A DNA stretch of 64,000 bases from a virus: the IMG/VR virus record IMGVR_UViG_3300028840_006907, positions 320,001 through 384,000 of that record, one strand, 5' to 3'. Under the pieces are notes generated by a model. The model ran no database searches. It worked only from the letters and a program-made list of their open reading frames with translations, and was not told where the DNA came from. This document shows, piece after piece, positions 50,801-58,233 of the stretch; the stretch's first letter is position 1, and every line of letters begins with the position of its first letter. The position numbers and the translations under genes were made by a program.

Positions 50801-52126
50801 CAGGGAGAGGATTACATAGTAGAATGGGGTCATCTTGTATGGGATACTTATGATCTTGATGGTTTCCTTTCAGCGGGAGATACTTTAAGAGTAATTTTCT
50901 ACGGTCCTTTACAAAAGAAAGCATTAAATAATTTTGTTCTTCATGGGCATTATAGTAACTATAACCAGAATCAGGCAATTTTTGTATCACCGAGTGGAAG
51001 TGATAGCACTGATCTGGGAGGGGACGGGACCAATACAGGTGGAACTGGATCAAGAGATTTACCATACAGAACTATTAGTATGGCTCTGTCTCAATCAAAT
51101 TCGGGTGATAACATTGTAGCTATGGCTGGAGAGTATCCAGTATTTGATGGCCTTCAGGATCGGGTAATCGTTCCTGCCTTTGACCGGACCGCTGCAGTCA
51201 ATAGTTCAAAAAGGGTTTATGAGGATTTCTTTGCACAAAAAGATTTTAGAGCTTATGGTACAACTGAATATGATCCAACACCATGGGAATTTGATTATAC
51301 AGGAAATTCAGAAGTATTCGCAGGAGGAGGATTCTTAAACTTTACCTATGACGGATCGAACAGTGCTACAGCCACATCGACTTTTCAATTTACCAGTGAT
51401 TTTGAAGTAAGGGCTAATTTAAGAAATGCTGTGGATCCAATAACTCTTAGAGTAACTTCACCTGATACAACAGCCTTTATTAGTTATAACGAATCACAGT
51501 TTACTGCTGGTGTTATAAATACTGATAGTACAGTTATATGTAGTGCTGTGGCACATAGTGGTGATACTACTGAATCAGATGTTTTTGTTGTAGAATATAT
51601 TCCTGTAACATCGGATCATACTCGAAATAAATATGCCGAATTATCATATATTCCAGAGGGATCTGATTGTACCAATTTAGCTCTTAATGTTGTTGGGGGT
51701 AATACGCAGGATTTCGGTGAAGATTTCTATGTCCAAGATTCTAAAATTAAATGGGATGGTATGACAATGGATGGTGAAATAGAACCAGGTGAAGTTTTAA
51801 GAGCTGTTTACTTGGATCGACCTTTATCATTGGCTGTTACTGCTTCCATCACTCTTGAGAATGGTCTCTTTACTCTAAAGGCTTATGATGGTACTTGGAA
51901 TACTTTAATGAATAGAAGTTTGGTAGGAGATTATACCGGTAACTGGAATGTATCATTTACAATGGATACACCTAACGAAGAATTTAGTCATAATTGCATT
52001 TATGGTAAAGGATATGCGTCTCAATTCTTGGCAATAGCTGATTCTTTTGAGAATATTCAAGGTTTAGATAAGCCTTTGGCTGTCTCAACTGAGAGACGTA
52101 ATTTAGTTATATATGAAGAGAGGTAA
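44801..52126 (+). CDS. giant (2441-aa) surface protein: N-terminal DUF2341-like + LamG-like module followed by three right-handed beta-helix-like modules
   Basis: N-terminus FRLTVDKDMVAGTDKSNYPLLV...GLDIRYYSDAAKSVEYSREI; GIIDEVRIV; three modules ending NLHLQAGSPCIKTG...DIGAYE, NLRLQSNSPCIRTG...DMGAYE and FHLNTGSPNIGTG...EIGAYQ; N/T/S-rich repeat ladders. Confidence 0.6.
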   Translation: MAFMFRLTVDKDMVAGTDKSNYPLLVDDRVANFPSSFFSNVVDASGLDIRYYSDAAKSVEYSREIVTVDTTAQTFESWVQIPLLSASSDSTFYCEVGDATSANDFTIWDSQNHYRVFHLQDASDSGTLHDPLIVNNASSVSSKIQKGYDFSGTTHHLQCTTNPDFQQTYPFYISSWVNLRSLIVSPTFIDSVSCIFSREVICQTTLRNWIAFNFGIDSSQRLSWMCGENLSGCVLPGQHTDWYTSDNTVSLNQWIHVGAYIENLYTATPNRVVKLFVDGSQIPSTEGNLGDIVNYHNTHNLAQLSRIGAGYRQTGIPIQNFDGIIDEVRIVSDATIYSNGDWQQTEFNNQNDPSTYILAPDTTGVYFINAAGSSTYPYDTEAKGAVNLKDLLDSVSLNDGDIIEVSDAGGTIDDSAASPGNINASVTIRSYSGNTGNPTFKVRDSSYLFLFNGVTVDGVYIQNIDMYKAGTGSTSIAFIWFLTCDISNFEVTNCNFSITGTAGSVAAVELDTSDLHGTSRFEYNTITKMSAGLYIRDNCSVFEDFSASYNTYNDISYGSIKAFLLVGTLSTIQRIVVDNNYGTDSGLTFVFMAGTAGQTCDDIKIRNNVINSMDSFHFNTINLAAPTLTNSSVVNNSLFQAGGIFVNNADANLVVANNTLSRGSESWFIYAIQVTAAAGASFNNNNIYGYTNPYFVSGGITYGTSNTQLDPLYDSTSNLHLQAGSPCIKTGASYGVYSSVPTTGYDGTARQSLVCDIGAYETTPNTYFVNNGGSATYPFDTEIKGAVNFNQLLGVITLSNWDTVEVSNAGGTIDDSTAFPNFINAAVTIRSYANNTAKPVIHVKNTGASRESQFRWDNYPTVYSSDAVTIQNLQLYKSGPSPSQPFINARTWDFDTLEVTGCDFSVTDPTGAVSAVQGVYLDDCNINQSFTYQDSDSSGVDGALWITDTTTKTIQGVNISDHIFEGKYLFVYIQPDTLSDATIETNDVGGSILCAGTSINSSVAIRNNVVRSVSSLAPLGIYTTGAGQSVVNNTIRNIPVGGYGIRYLSGGANSYVLNNIVYRDDTVGAATGIETSFTAGVIDYNNVYNFGTPYVSGAVTPGPNSIQVDPIFISSTNLRLQSNSPCIRTGIGSGTYSVVPSVGYDGNPRSSATVDMGAYESLLPSGLFPPPLPIYGNYETPVSLGSGSGYYHKPADYLGQETKGGGAIKLVANSGNVSINGRIRMDGQDGTMTGGAAGGSVWLIGWRIDGTGTISADGGRTQLVSNSGGGSGGYISMWHHKTITYDGTATVDGYDGAGDGKIFIKEIEPILEEPFTGDILNIKWWDTTNSVTIDNELTFDSPNDNYNFPETLSEFNISGKEINVEADYTSLTPDSSQNTAAFLLWVDDLNWAGVARKFNGFFGISSINGAVSVSGVPFDNTNVTFRILKNDSTFTYQFWDATSTPQTIYMDYLPELANSVFKVKLTVDKPPLGDSLRTRYQRLTAFDISNQYLYMDGIPIDQSAVAMNSITGTSHYYGEDFYVDNYLLKWDYTASNFASLAAWGDVVRYQYEYNAPPTNEVTVAFDNVRVYEGVLSNAETTEPVIYVDPNYGSDTCSGRQLDPLKNLFVATAWAKKGSTVVLYDGTHNPTKVSRKDLTIRGAEGSIAGITSKNVQDSTGSNWERDALSFYGSQGIVENVHIFDSSRGIVVENGNYEISRNTITDTSNAVTFVKCDPRIIRNKILDVDFGLDFTSCRIAPYAYANIISNADVAVRANLTTDMTFSCNTFDNDQTHFLIDSSSSIIMSSNNLTYSVMPVIVSTDSWFGSYYNNFYPNTTQYNRTPDDATNNIVANPLYYDRIGKDFHLNTGSPNIGTGSLTYNDYLYDFDGADIRSAEIGAYQYIDSTKITSDYYVSSHGNDYWNFGRQTDPFRTLDRAMVDADSTVRIDGGHYDSFYLNLRSQDIHLNQLYIYLGPEQQFVSYITLDAEDASNKYVPLPSFVAPDDASHVAMNIIGSSAQIQGEDYIVEWGHLVWDTYDLDGFLSAGDTLRVIFYGPLQKKALNNFVLHGHYSNYNQNQAIFVSPSGSDSTDLGGDGTNTGGTGSRDLPYRTISMALSQSNSGDNIVAMAGEYPVFDGLQDRVIVPAFDRTAAVNSSKRVYEDFFAQKDFRAYGTTEYDPTPWEFDYTGNSEVFAGGGFLNFTYDGSNSATATSTFQFTSDFEVRANLRNAVDPITLRVTSPDTTAFISYNESQFTAGVINTDSTVICSAVAHSGDTTESDVFVVEYIPVTSDHTRNKYAELSYIPEGSDCTNLALNVVGGNTQDFGEDFYVQDSKIKWDGMTMDGEIEPGEVLRAVYLDRPLSLAVTASITLENGLFTLKAYDGTWNTLMNRSLVGDYTGNWNVSFTMDTPNEEFSHNCIYGKGYASQFLAIADSFENIQGLDKPLAVSTERRNLVIYEER

Positions 52127-52128
52127 TA

Positions 52129-53496
52129 GTGCCAGTATATCATTCAGGAAATTTAAGAGATACTGATAGGCCAGAATGGAATTATCCATTAAGACCTCAG
52201 GTTGCAGATTTAACAAAGCCTTTGGCTCCCCGAAATCTTATGGTAACAAGTCCTTATGATGTTGGAAAATTGGATATTCGTTGGGATAATCCTAATATTC
52301 TTCCACAAAATAGTGGATTAAATATTGTAGGATGTAATGTATACCGTTCTATTGATAGTCCTTTCAGATTTGTAAAAATTAATGAGACACCCGTTACCGT
52401 ACTTTTTTATCGTGATGAGACAAAAGAAACTTTGGTAACAAATGAAAATGCTACTCCTACAATACGTCATGATTTAGTTCCAGAAGAGAAATGGTCTGTA
52501 TGGGCTCAAAGAAGACCTATAGTAAGACCTGATTCAAATGGTGTTACAACTGATAGAGTTCAAGATATTTTACTTGAAATAGATAATGGTGATGGTACAT
52601 TTCTTGAAGTACCAGCTTTTTCTGTAAATGGAAAAACAGGTGAAATTGTACTTATAAGAACTCCTGTTTATAATTACGAAGTTAGCCAAATAGTTCCTCC
52701 ACGTTTACCATATCCACCTAATGGTCGCGTCAGAATTACATATAGATATTTAGAACATTCGGTAATTACTGTATTAAATCAAAGAATTTATTATAAAGTG
52801 ACAACAGTAGCAGTAGATCCGGATGATCCTGCTTCTTTTATTGAAACTCCGTTGGATGAGGTTTCATCACGTACTGCTTTTGATGTAGAATCGATTGATT
52901 ATATTTGGAGAGAAGGAATTTTACGTAATCGTTGGTTATTAGAGCAGAGCGGTGAAAGAGTGAAGATATTTATACGTAGATGGATGGGAGAAAAGTGTCC
53001 ATCTCATCAGACAAATTATGGACAAAGCTATAATGATTGTACTGATTGTTATGGTACTAATATTGTAGGTGGGTATGATGGTCCTTATGATGTGATAATA
53101 GCACCACCAGAGTCAGAGAAGATGATAGAATTAGCGGACATGGGACTTCATATTACTTACGATTGGGCAACTTGGATGGGTCCCTATCCGCTTCTAAATG
53201 AACGTGATGTTATTGTTCGTCAGAATAATGAGCGTTATGTTGTAGGTCCTGTGACTCCTCAGGGATCACGAGGATGTATTTATCAGCATCATTTTACTAT
53301 GAGCTATATTGACCAAGGAGATATTAGATATCAGATACCGATTGAAGGTGGGGAAACTAGTGTGCCTTCTTCATATGATCCTTATCGTGAAACTGCTCCG
53401 ACTGATGCAAGTCCAGCAATAAACGATAAGCCTGAAATTCCTGATGACAAGATCATTAGAGGCCGTACAGTAACCTTCGAAAATATTACCTATTAA
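52129..53496 (+). CDS. hypothetical protein
   Basis: 455 aa; apparent GTG start with AGAGAGG RBS, immediately after the giant gene. Confidence 0.45.
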   Translation: MPVYHSGNLRDTDRPEWNYPLRPQVADLTKPLAPRNLMVTSPYDVGKLDIRWDNPNILPQNSGLNIVGCNVYRSIDSPFRFVKINETPVTVLFYRDETKETLVTNENATPTIRHDLVPEEKWSVWAQRRPIVRPDSNGVTTDRVQDILLEIDNGDGTFLEVPAFSVNGKTGEIVLIRTPVYNYEVSQIVPPRLPYPPNGRVRITYRYLEHSVITVLNQRIYYKVTTVAVDPDDPASFIETPLDEVSSRTAFDVESIDYIWREGILRNRWLLEQSGERVKIFIRRWMGEKCPSHQTNYGQSYNDCTDCYGTNIVGGYDGPYDVIIAPPESEKMIELADMGLHITYDWATWMGPYPLLNERDVIVRQNNERYVVGPVTPQGSRGCIYQHHFTMSYIDQGDIRYQIPIEGGETSVPSSYDPYRETAPTDASPAINDKPEIPDDKIIRGRTVTFENITY

Positions 53497-53613
53497 CTAA
53501 TTGATTTTGAAGAAGTTACAAGAACTGCTCAAAAAACATCTTAATTTATCCTTCGCTCATTCAGTATATATAGTATAAGGATCTATATAAAAAATAATAG
53601 AAAGGAATAATAT

Positions 53614-55116
53614 ATGGATGTAACATTAGCAGGATTTAATGTCGATACAAATGTCCTTAGGGAGATGGAAGAAATCACCGGTAAACGGGATGATCTTACC
53701 CCAGAAGTTTTATCTGCCTCATATGCCCGGATAAGTCGGGATCCTCGGCCAATTGGTGAATTAAGATTAGATTCTAAAAACGAAGTAGAAAAAGCTCGGA
53801 AATCAAATTCAAGTATCATTTTTAAAATGGGCCATCATTCTGTAGCGGAGCATGCTGTATTTAATCTTGATGTTGTAGGACTTTCTCGATATGCTATTGA
53901 AGAGTTGGAAAAATTTCGATTATGTTCATATACAGAAAAATCTCAACGTTATATAACCCTTGATGATGACTATGTTGTTCCTCCTGAGATTGCTGGATCA
54001 AAGTTTGAAGATGAATTTAGGGAAACTATTAAAATGCAGAATGAAGCATACCATGAATTTTACGGTGCTTTAAAAGAACATATCTTTAAAAAGCATGCTG
54101 ATCTTGCCAGTGATCCAAAGAATAAGAATTTATTAGAAGGTTGGGCAAAGGAAGATGCCAGGTATTTAGTAAGCATTGCGACTGAAGCTCAGGTTGGAGT
54201 GACCGTCAATGCCCGAAACTTGGAACTGATGTTAAGAAGATTTGCTTCTAATCCGTTGCAGGAAGTCCAGGAACTGGGGAGAAAAATTTACCAGGAGGTG
54301 GAAAAAATTGCCCCTTCTATAATTATTTTCCATGAAGGTAATGAGTATGACCGTGATACATATCCTAGACTTGAAAAAGTAGGACGTGATTTATTTAATG
54401 GAAGCCATGTCTCATTTTTGGAAGGAGATGTCTCATTAATTGAATTTGATGAAGAAGCAGATGAAACTATAGCTGCATCATTACTTTATAAAGGTCTGAA
54501 TATCCCTTATAAAGATGTCATAACATTTGTTTATGATATGAGTGAAGAGGATACTGATAAAATTGTTAATGCTGTTTGGGAAGATGCCCAATTATATGAT
54601 TCGGCCCTCAGAGAATACGAATTTGCCAATCTTACCTATGAAGTCTGTTTATCTTCCTCTTGTTTTGGTCAACTAAAACGTCATCGTATGTCTTCTATTA
54701 TTGCTCAACCATACAATCCGAACAGAGGTGTGACTATTCCAGAATCGATTAAAGAGATTGGTATGGAAAAGAGATTTCAGGAGATTATTAAAAAGACAGA
54801 TGATGTATTTTTTAAGGTATACGAAGATTTACCATTGGTAGCTCCTTATATATTAACAAATGCTCATAAAAGACGGGTCATAATTCGGGTAAATGCTCGT
54901 GAGTTATATCATATGTCCCGATTAAGAGAGGATAATCACGCTCAATGGGATATAAAAAATGTGGTGACTAGAATGTGCATGTTGGCTCAGACAGAGATGC
55001 CATTTACATTTGCTCTTCTTTGTGGTAAAGACATGTATAATATGACATATAAAAATCATTTCGGTAATGAACCAAAAGTGAAAGAGGTGAAATTACCAGG
55101 TAAGCGTAAATTTTAA
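53614..55116 (+). CDS. thyX: ThyX-like flavin-dependent thymidylate synthase, double-length (two ThyX-like halves)
   Basis: 500 aa; N-half has ARISRDPRP, HHSVAEH and SYTEKSQRY with RHR replaced by FRL; C-half carries KRHRMSS. Roughly twice the usual ThyX length. Confidence 0.6.
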   Translation: MDVTLAGFNVDTNVLREMEEITGKRDDLTPEVLSASYARISRDPRPIGELRLDSKNEVEKARKSNSSIIFKMGHHSVAEHAVFNLDVVGLSRYAIEELEKFRLCSYTEKSQRYITLDDDYVVPPEIAGSKFEDEFRETIKMQNEAYHEFYGALKEHIFKKHADLASDPKNKNLLEGWAKEDARYLVSIATEAQVGVTVNARNLELMLRRFASNPLQEVQELGRKIYQEVEKIAPSIIIFHEGNEYDRDTYPRLEKVGRDLFNGSHVSFLEGDVSLIEFDEEADETIAASLLYKGLNIPYKDVITFVYDMSEEDTDKIVNAVWEDAQLYDSALREYEFANLTYEVCLSSSCFGQLKRHRMSSIIAQPYNPNRGVTIPESIKEIGMEKRFQEIIKKTDDVFFKVYEDLPLVAPYILTNAHKRRVIIRVNARELYHMSRLREDNHAQWDIKNVVTRMCMLAQTEMPFTFALLCGKDMYNMTYKNHFGNEPKVKEVKLPGKRKF

Positions 55117-55126
55117 AGAGAATCAT

Positions 55127-55804
55127 ATGAATATAAATCTGAATATTGTCCAACCACCTCATGTAGTCTTTCTCCTTTCAGGGGAATCTTTTCCAGCTTT
55201 GTTTTTCGATTGTTTTTTTAATTTATTGGATTATTGTAACAGGCAGAATATCGGATATACAATAATTAGGCGGTATTCTCCTGTTGTTTATTTTGTTCGA
55301 AACATGTGTTTAGGTGGAAATGTTTTGAGAGGGGAGAATCAGAAACCCTTTGATGGTAAGATAAACTACACACATTTAATGTGGATTGATAATGATATTG
55401 CATTTAAACCCGCTCAATTTCAATCTTTGTTGAACTCAAATATGGATATTATAGCCGGGGCTTATAAGATGGCTGATGGGAGACATTATGCCATTGTTGA
55501 AAATTGGGATGAAGAATATTTTCAAAAAAATGCTTCTTTTAAATTTCTTACTGATGAAGACATCAGGGGTAGAAAAGGTTTTATTGATGTAGATTATACT
55601 GGTTTAGGTTTTATGCTTGTAAAAAAGGGTGTTTTTGAATCTTTGAAATATCCTTGGTTCAGACCTAAATTCTATAAATTTGGTGATTGTTTTGATTTCT
55701 GTTCGGAGGATGTCGGGTTCTGTCGGGATATAAAAGAAAAGGGTTATAAAATCTATATCGATCCGAGAATAATTGTGGGTCATATTAAAGATATTGTTAT
55801 TTAA
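55127..55804 (+). CDS. hypothetical protein
   Basis: 225-aa ORF. Confidence 0.4.
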   Translation: MNINLNIVQPPHVVFLLSGESFPALFFDCFFNLLDYCNRQNIGYTIIRRYSPVVYFVRNMCLGGNVLRGENQKPFDGKINYTHLMWIDNDIAFKPAQFQSLLNSNMDIIAGAYKMADGRHYAIVENWDEEYFQKNASFKFLTDEDIRGRKGFIDVDYTGLGFMLVKKGVFESLKYPWFRPKFYKFGDCFDFCSEDVGFCRDIKEKGYKIYIDPRIIVGHIKDIVI

Positions 55805-55894
55805 TTTCAATTAATAATCTTCTAATACGCTGATAGTAGCATATTGCCAATATTGATTATAAATAACTAAATTGTATAATTCTAGGAGGTATAT

Positions 55895-56269
55895 ATGTCA
55901 TTAAAAGAGGCATCCCAGGAACTTCTAAAACTTGCTGATGAAATTGAAAAAGAAGCAAATGAAGTGACTCAATTTGTGTGTGATAAGTGTAATCATACTG
56001 CAACTCTGGCAACAATAAATCAGAAAAGAGAAGCTGTAGCAAAAGAAGCTGGTGAAAAGATAGTTGTAACAGCTTTGACAGTTGAGGACAAAGTGCATTG
56101 TCCTGCATGTGAGGGTGTCATGGCTTACAAAGAAACAGAAGCCAGTGCTCCTTATTATCTTGACACTGAAAAAAAGGCTGAGGATGATAACGGTGAAGAA
56201 GAGGAAGAGAAAGAAAAGAAAGCTTCCGAACCTATCGATTATGATTCACTAAAAAGATATTCAAGCTAA
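55895..56269 (+). CDS. acidic zinc-ribbon protein
   Basis: 124 aa; CDKCNH...CPACEG Cys pairs; E-rich C-terminus; TGTATAAT extended -10 and AGGAGG RBS upstream. Confidence 0.45.
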   Translation: MSLKEASQELLKLADEIEKEANEVTQFVCDKCNHTATLATINQKREAVAKEAGEKIVVTALTVEDKVHCPACEGVMAYKETEASAPYYLDTEKKAEDDNGEEEEEKEKKASEPIDYDSLKRYSS

Positions 56270-56320
56270 TTTAGCTAGATTTTCTCTTACATACAGTTTT
56301 TAAAAAGATGGTCTTCTAAT

Positions 56321-56350
56321 GGAGGGAGTGGTTGCCCTCCATTTTTCTTT
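56321..56350 (+). terminator. rho-independent terminator
   Basis: GGAGGG - loop - CCCTCC followed by ATTTTTCTTT. Confidence 0.5.
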
Positions 56351-56410
56351 CTTATAGTGGTTTTTCACTTCTTCATTGTAGTATTTATTTGTATTCCATT
56401 TAGAAATTAG

Positions 56411-56512
56411 TTATAATTATATATACTTCTCCCCGTCCTTTTACGGGGCTGTCTCACACACACAGATTCTCAAGTACGGAAAATGATTAAATACCCTCGG
56501 CTCTTTCCGGGG
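56411..56512 (+). ncRNA. candidate promoter-driven small RNA carrying two CRISPR-repeat-like hairpins (mini-array or repeat-mimic RNA)
   Basis: TTATAATTATATATA at 56411-56425 (identical to 19313-19327) directly followed by hairpin CCCCGTCCTTTTACGGGG+CTG (56431-56451) and a second degenerate copy at ~56494-56512, 63 bp apart; between a terminator and the next gene. Confidence 0.4.
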
Positions 56513-56605
56513 ATTCAGGGAAAGATTCACAATTTTTCCCTTTTCTTTTACCTCCTCCAATTTGATAATGTATTAATATTTCCCTGACTATATATAGGAG
56601 TATAT

Positions 56606-57166
56606 ATGGTCAGAATATTAGGAAACTCCCCGGAACGGATTGAAATACGTGATCTGCAAGATGTAGTTTATTACCGTCAAATCAAAGAGTTTACAGATCA
56701 ACAGTATGAACTTTCTAAAGATTTAAAACGGGAAATAGATAAAGGCCGTTTAATCAAGATAGATAAAAATGAGATCTATCGAGGTTCGGGAGAAATATCT
56801 GTCCATCAAATAGTTGAGAGTAACAATTCACTTAGTATCAGTGATCTTAAGACAGCGATACGTGAAGTCCTCCCTGAGATGAAAGGGAACAATGGGGCTA
56901 CTGAGAAATCAGTAAAGGATGCTGTCAGAGAAGTTATTCCTGTATTAGTCGAAATGGTTCGGCAAGAAGTTTCTAAAGTGAGTGTAGTCAGGGAAGAAGT
57001 AAAACCAAAGAAAACAACGACAAGTAGTGAATTCCTATTTCCGACTTATACTCCAAGTATCTCTGATACAGGTCTTAAGAGTAACATAAAAATAAAGGAA
57101 AAAGAAGTCTCTGGTGATTCAGTAGCAGATAGTCTTGCTATTCTTCGTCAGATTAAGAAAAAATAA
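56606..57166 (+). CDS. hypothetical protein
   Basis: 186 aa; ATAGGAG RBS. Confidence 0.45.
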   Translation: MVRILGNSPERIEIRDLQDVVYYRQIKEFTDQQYELSKDLKREIDKGRLIKIDKNEIYRGSGEISVHQIVESNNSLSISDLKTAIREVLPEMKGNNGATEKSVKDAVREVIPVLVEMVRQEVSKVSVVREEVKPKKTTTSSEFLFPTYTPSISDTGLKSNIKIKEKEVSGDSVADSLAILRQIKKK

Positions 57167-57216
57167 CAAATAATAAATCTAAATAAAATTTTTTAATCAA
57201 TCAAGGAGGTTATAGT

Positions 57217-58233
57217 ATGAGTTGTGGCGTGGATATAGGAACATGTTTCCTTGTAAGTGCTAGAAATGATGATAATAATCAAATTCAAATAAAGTCTATT
57301 CGGGATGCTTTTCTTGACATGGAGAACAACCCCCAAGTCAAAAACATGATGAAAATGTCAGGTGCAAATTTTATTGAATCTGACGACATTCTTTACATAA
57401 TTGGTGATTCCTCAGTGGTAGTAGCAAACATATTCCAGAAAGAAGCTCGTAGACCATTGAGTCGGGGTGTTATTTCTCCTGGTGAACTTGAAGCTGAGAA
57501 AATTCTGTTGGTTTTGATAAAGGATATATTGGGGAATTGTAAAGTGCAGGATGAAACTTGTTATTATTCGGTTCCTGCCGAGCCCATAGATCATGAAGCT
57601 GATGTGATCTATCACCAAGCTATGTTTAGTAAACTTATTGGTTCATTAGGTTACAAGCCAGTTGCTTTAAATGAGGCAGCAGCAATCATTTATAGCAATT
57701 GTGGAAAGGAAAAATTTTCGGCGATATCTATTTCTTTTGGTGCCGGTTTAACAAATGTTTGTCTTATGTATCAAACGATTATTGGTATGGCTTTTAGTGT
57801 AAATAAAGCTGGAGATAATATTGATGACGGTGCTGCTCAGGCTCTGGGAACTACTTCCAGTAGAATACAGTCAATAAAAGAAAAGGGTATAAATCTTCTT
57901 GATCCTAATGAAGGTGATCCGAAGACTTTCCGGGAACGTGAAGCTATTATCATTTATTATAAAAGTTTGGTTTTATATGTACTTGATAAAATCAAAGAGG
58001 AATTTTTGAAACGTCAAGGTACGATTGAATTACCTAATGCTATTCCGATTGTGCTTTCAGGTGGAACTAGTTTGCCGAAGAATTTTAAAGAGTTTTTTGA
58101 AGCCGGTTTTAATGAAGTAAAGGATAAATTCCCAATTCCGATTTCAGAGATTAGAATGGCAGAACAACCATTAAATGCAGTAGCACAGGGTCTATTAATT
58201 GCCGCTATGAACCATGATGAAGGGTCAAAATAA
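57217..58233 (+). CDS. actin-fold ATPase (MreB/ParM/Alp-like, ASKHA superfamily)
   Basis: 338 aa; AAGGAGG RBS; N-terminal GVDIGT phosphate-1-like motif, VLSGGTS and C-terminal NAVAQGLLIAAM. Confidence 0.55.
   Translation: MSCGVDIGTCFLVSARNDDNNQIQIKSIRDAFLDMENNPQVKNMMKMSGANFIESDDILYIIGDSSVVVANIFQKEARRPLSRGVISPGELEAEKILLVLIKDILGNCKVQDETCYYSVPAEPIDHEADVIYHQAMFSKLIGSLGYKPVALNEAAAIIYSNCGKEKFSAISISFGAGLTNVCLMYQTIIGMAFSVNKAGDNIDDGAAQALGTTSSRIQSIKEKGINLLDPNEGDPKTFREREAIIIYYKSLVLYVLDKIKEEFLKRQGTIELPNAIPIVLSGGTSLPKNFKEFFEAGFNEVKDKFPIPISEIRMAEQPLNAVAQGLLIAAMNHDEGSK

Noticed and set aside
27979-52126. Diversity-generating retroelement targeting the fibre or lectin-like genes
   Set aside because: No reverse-transcriptase gene and no template/variable repeat pair with adenine-specific differences seen; paralog differences are spread over all bases.
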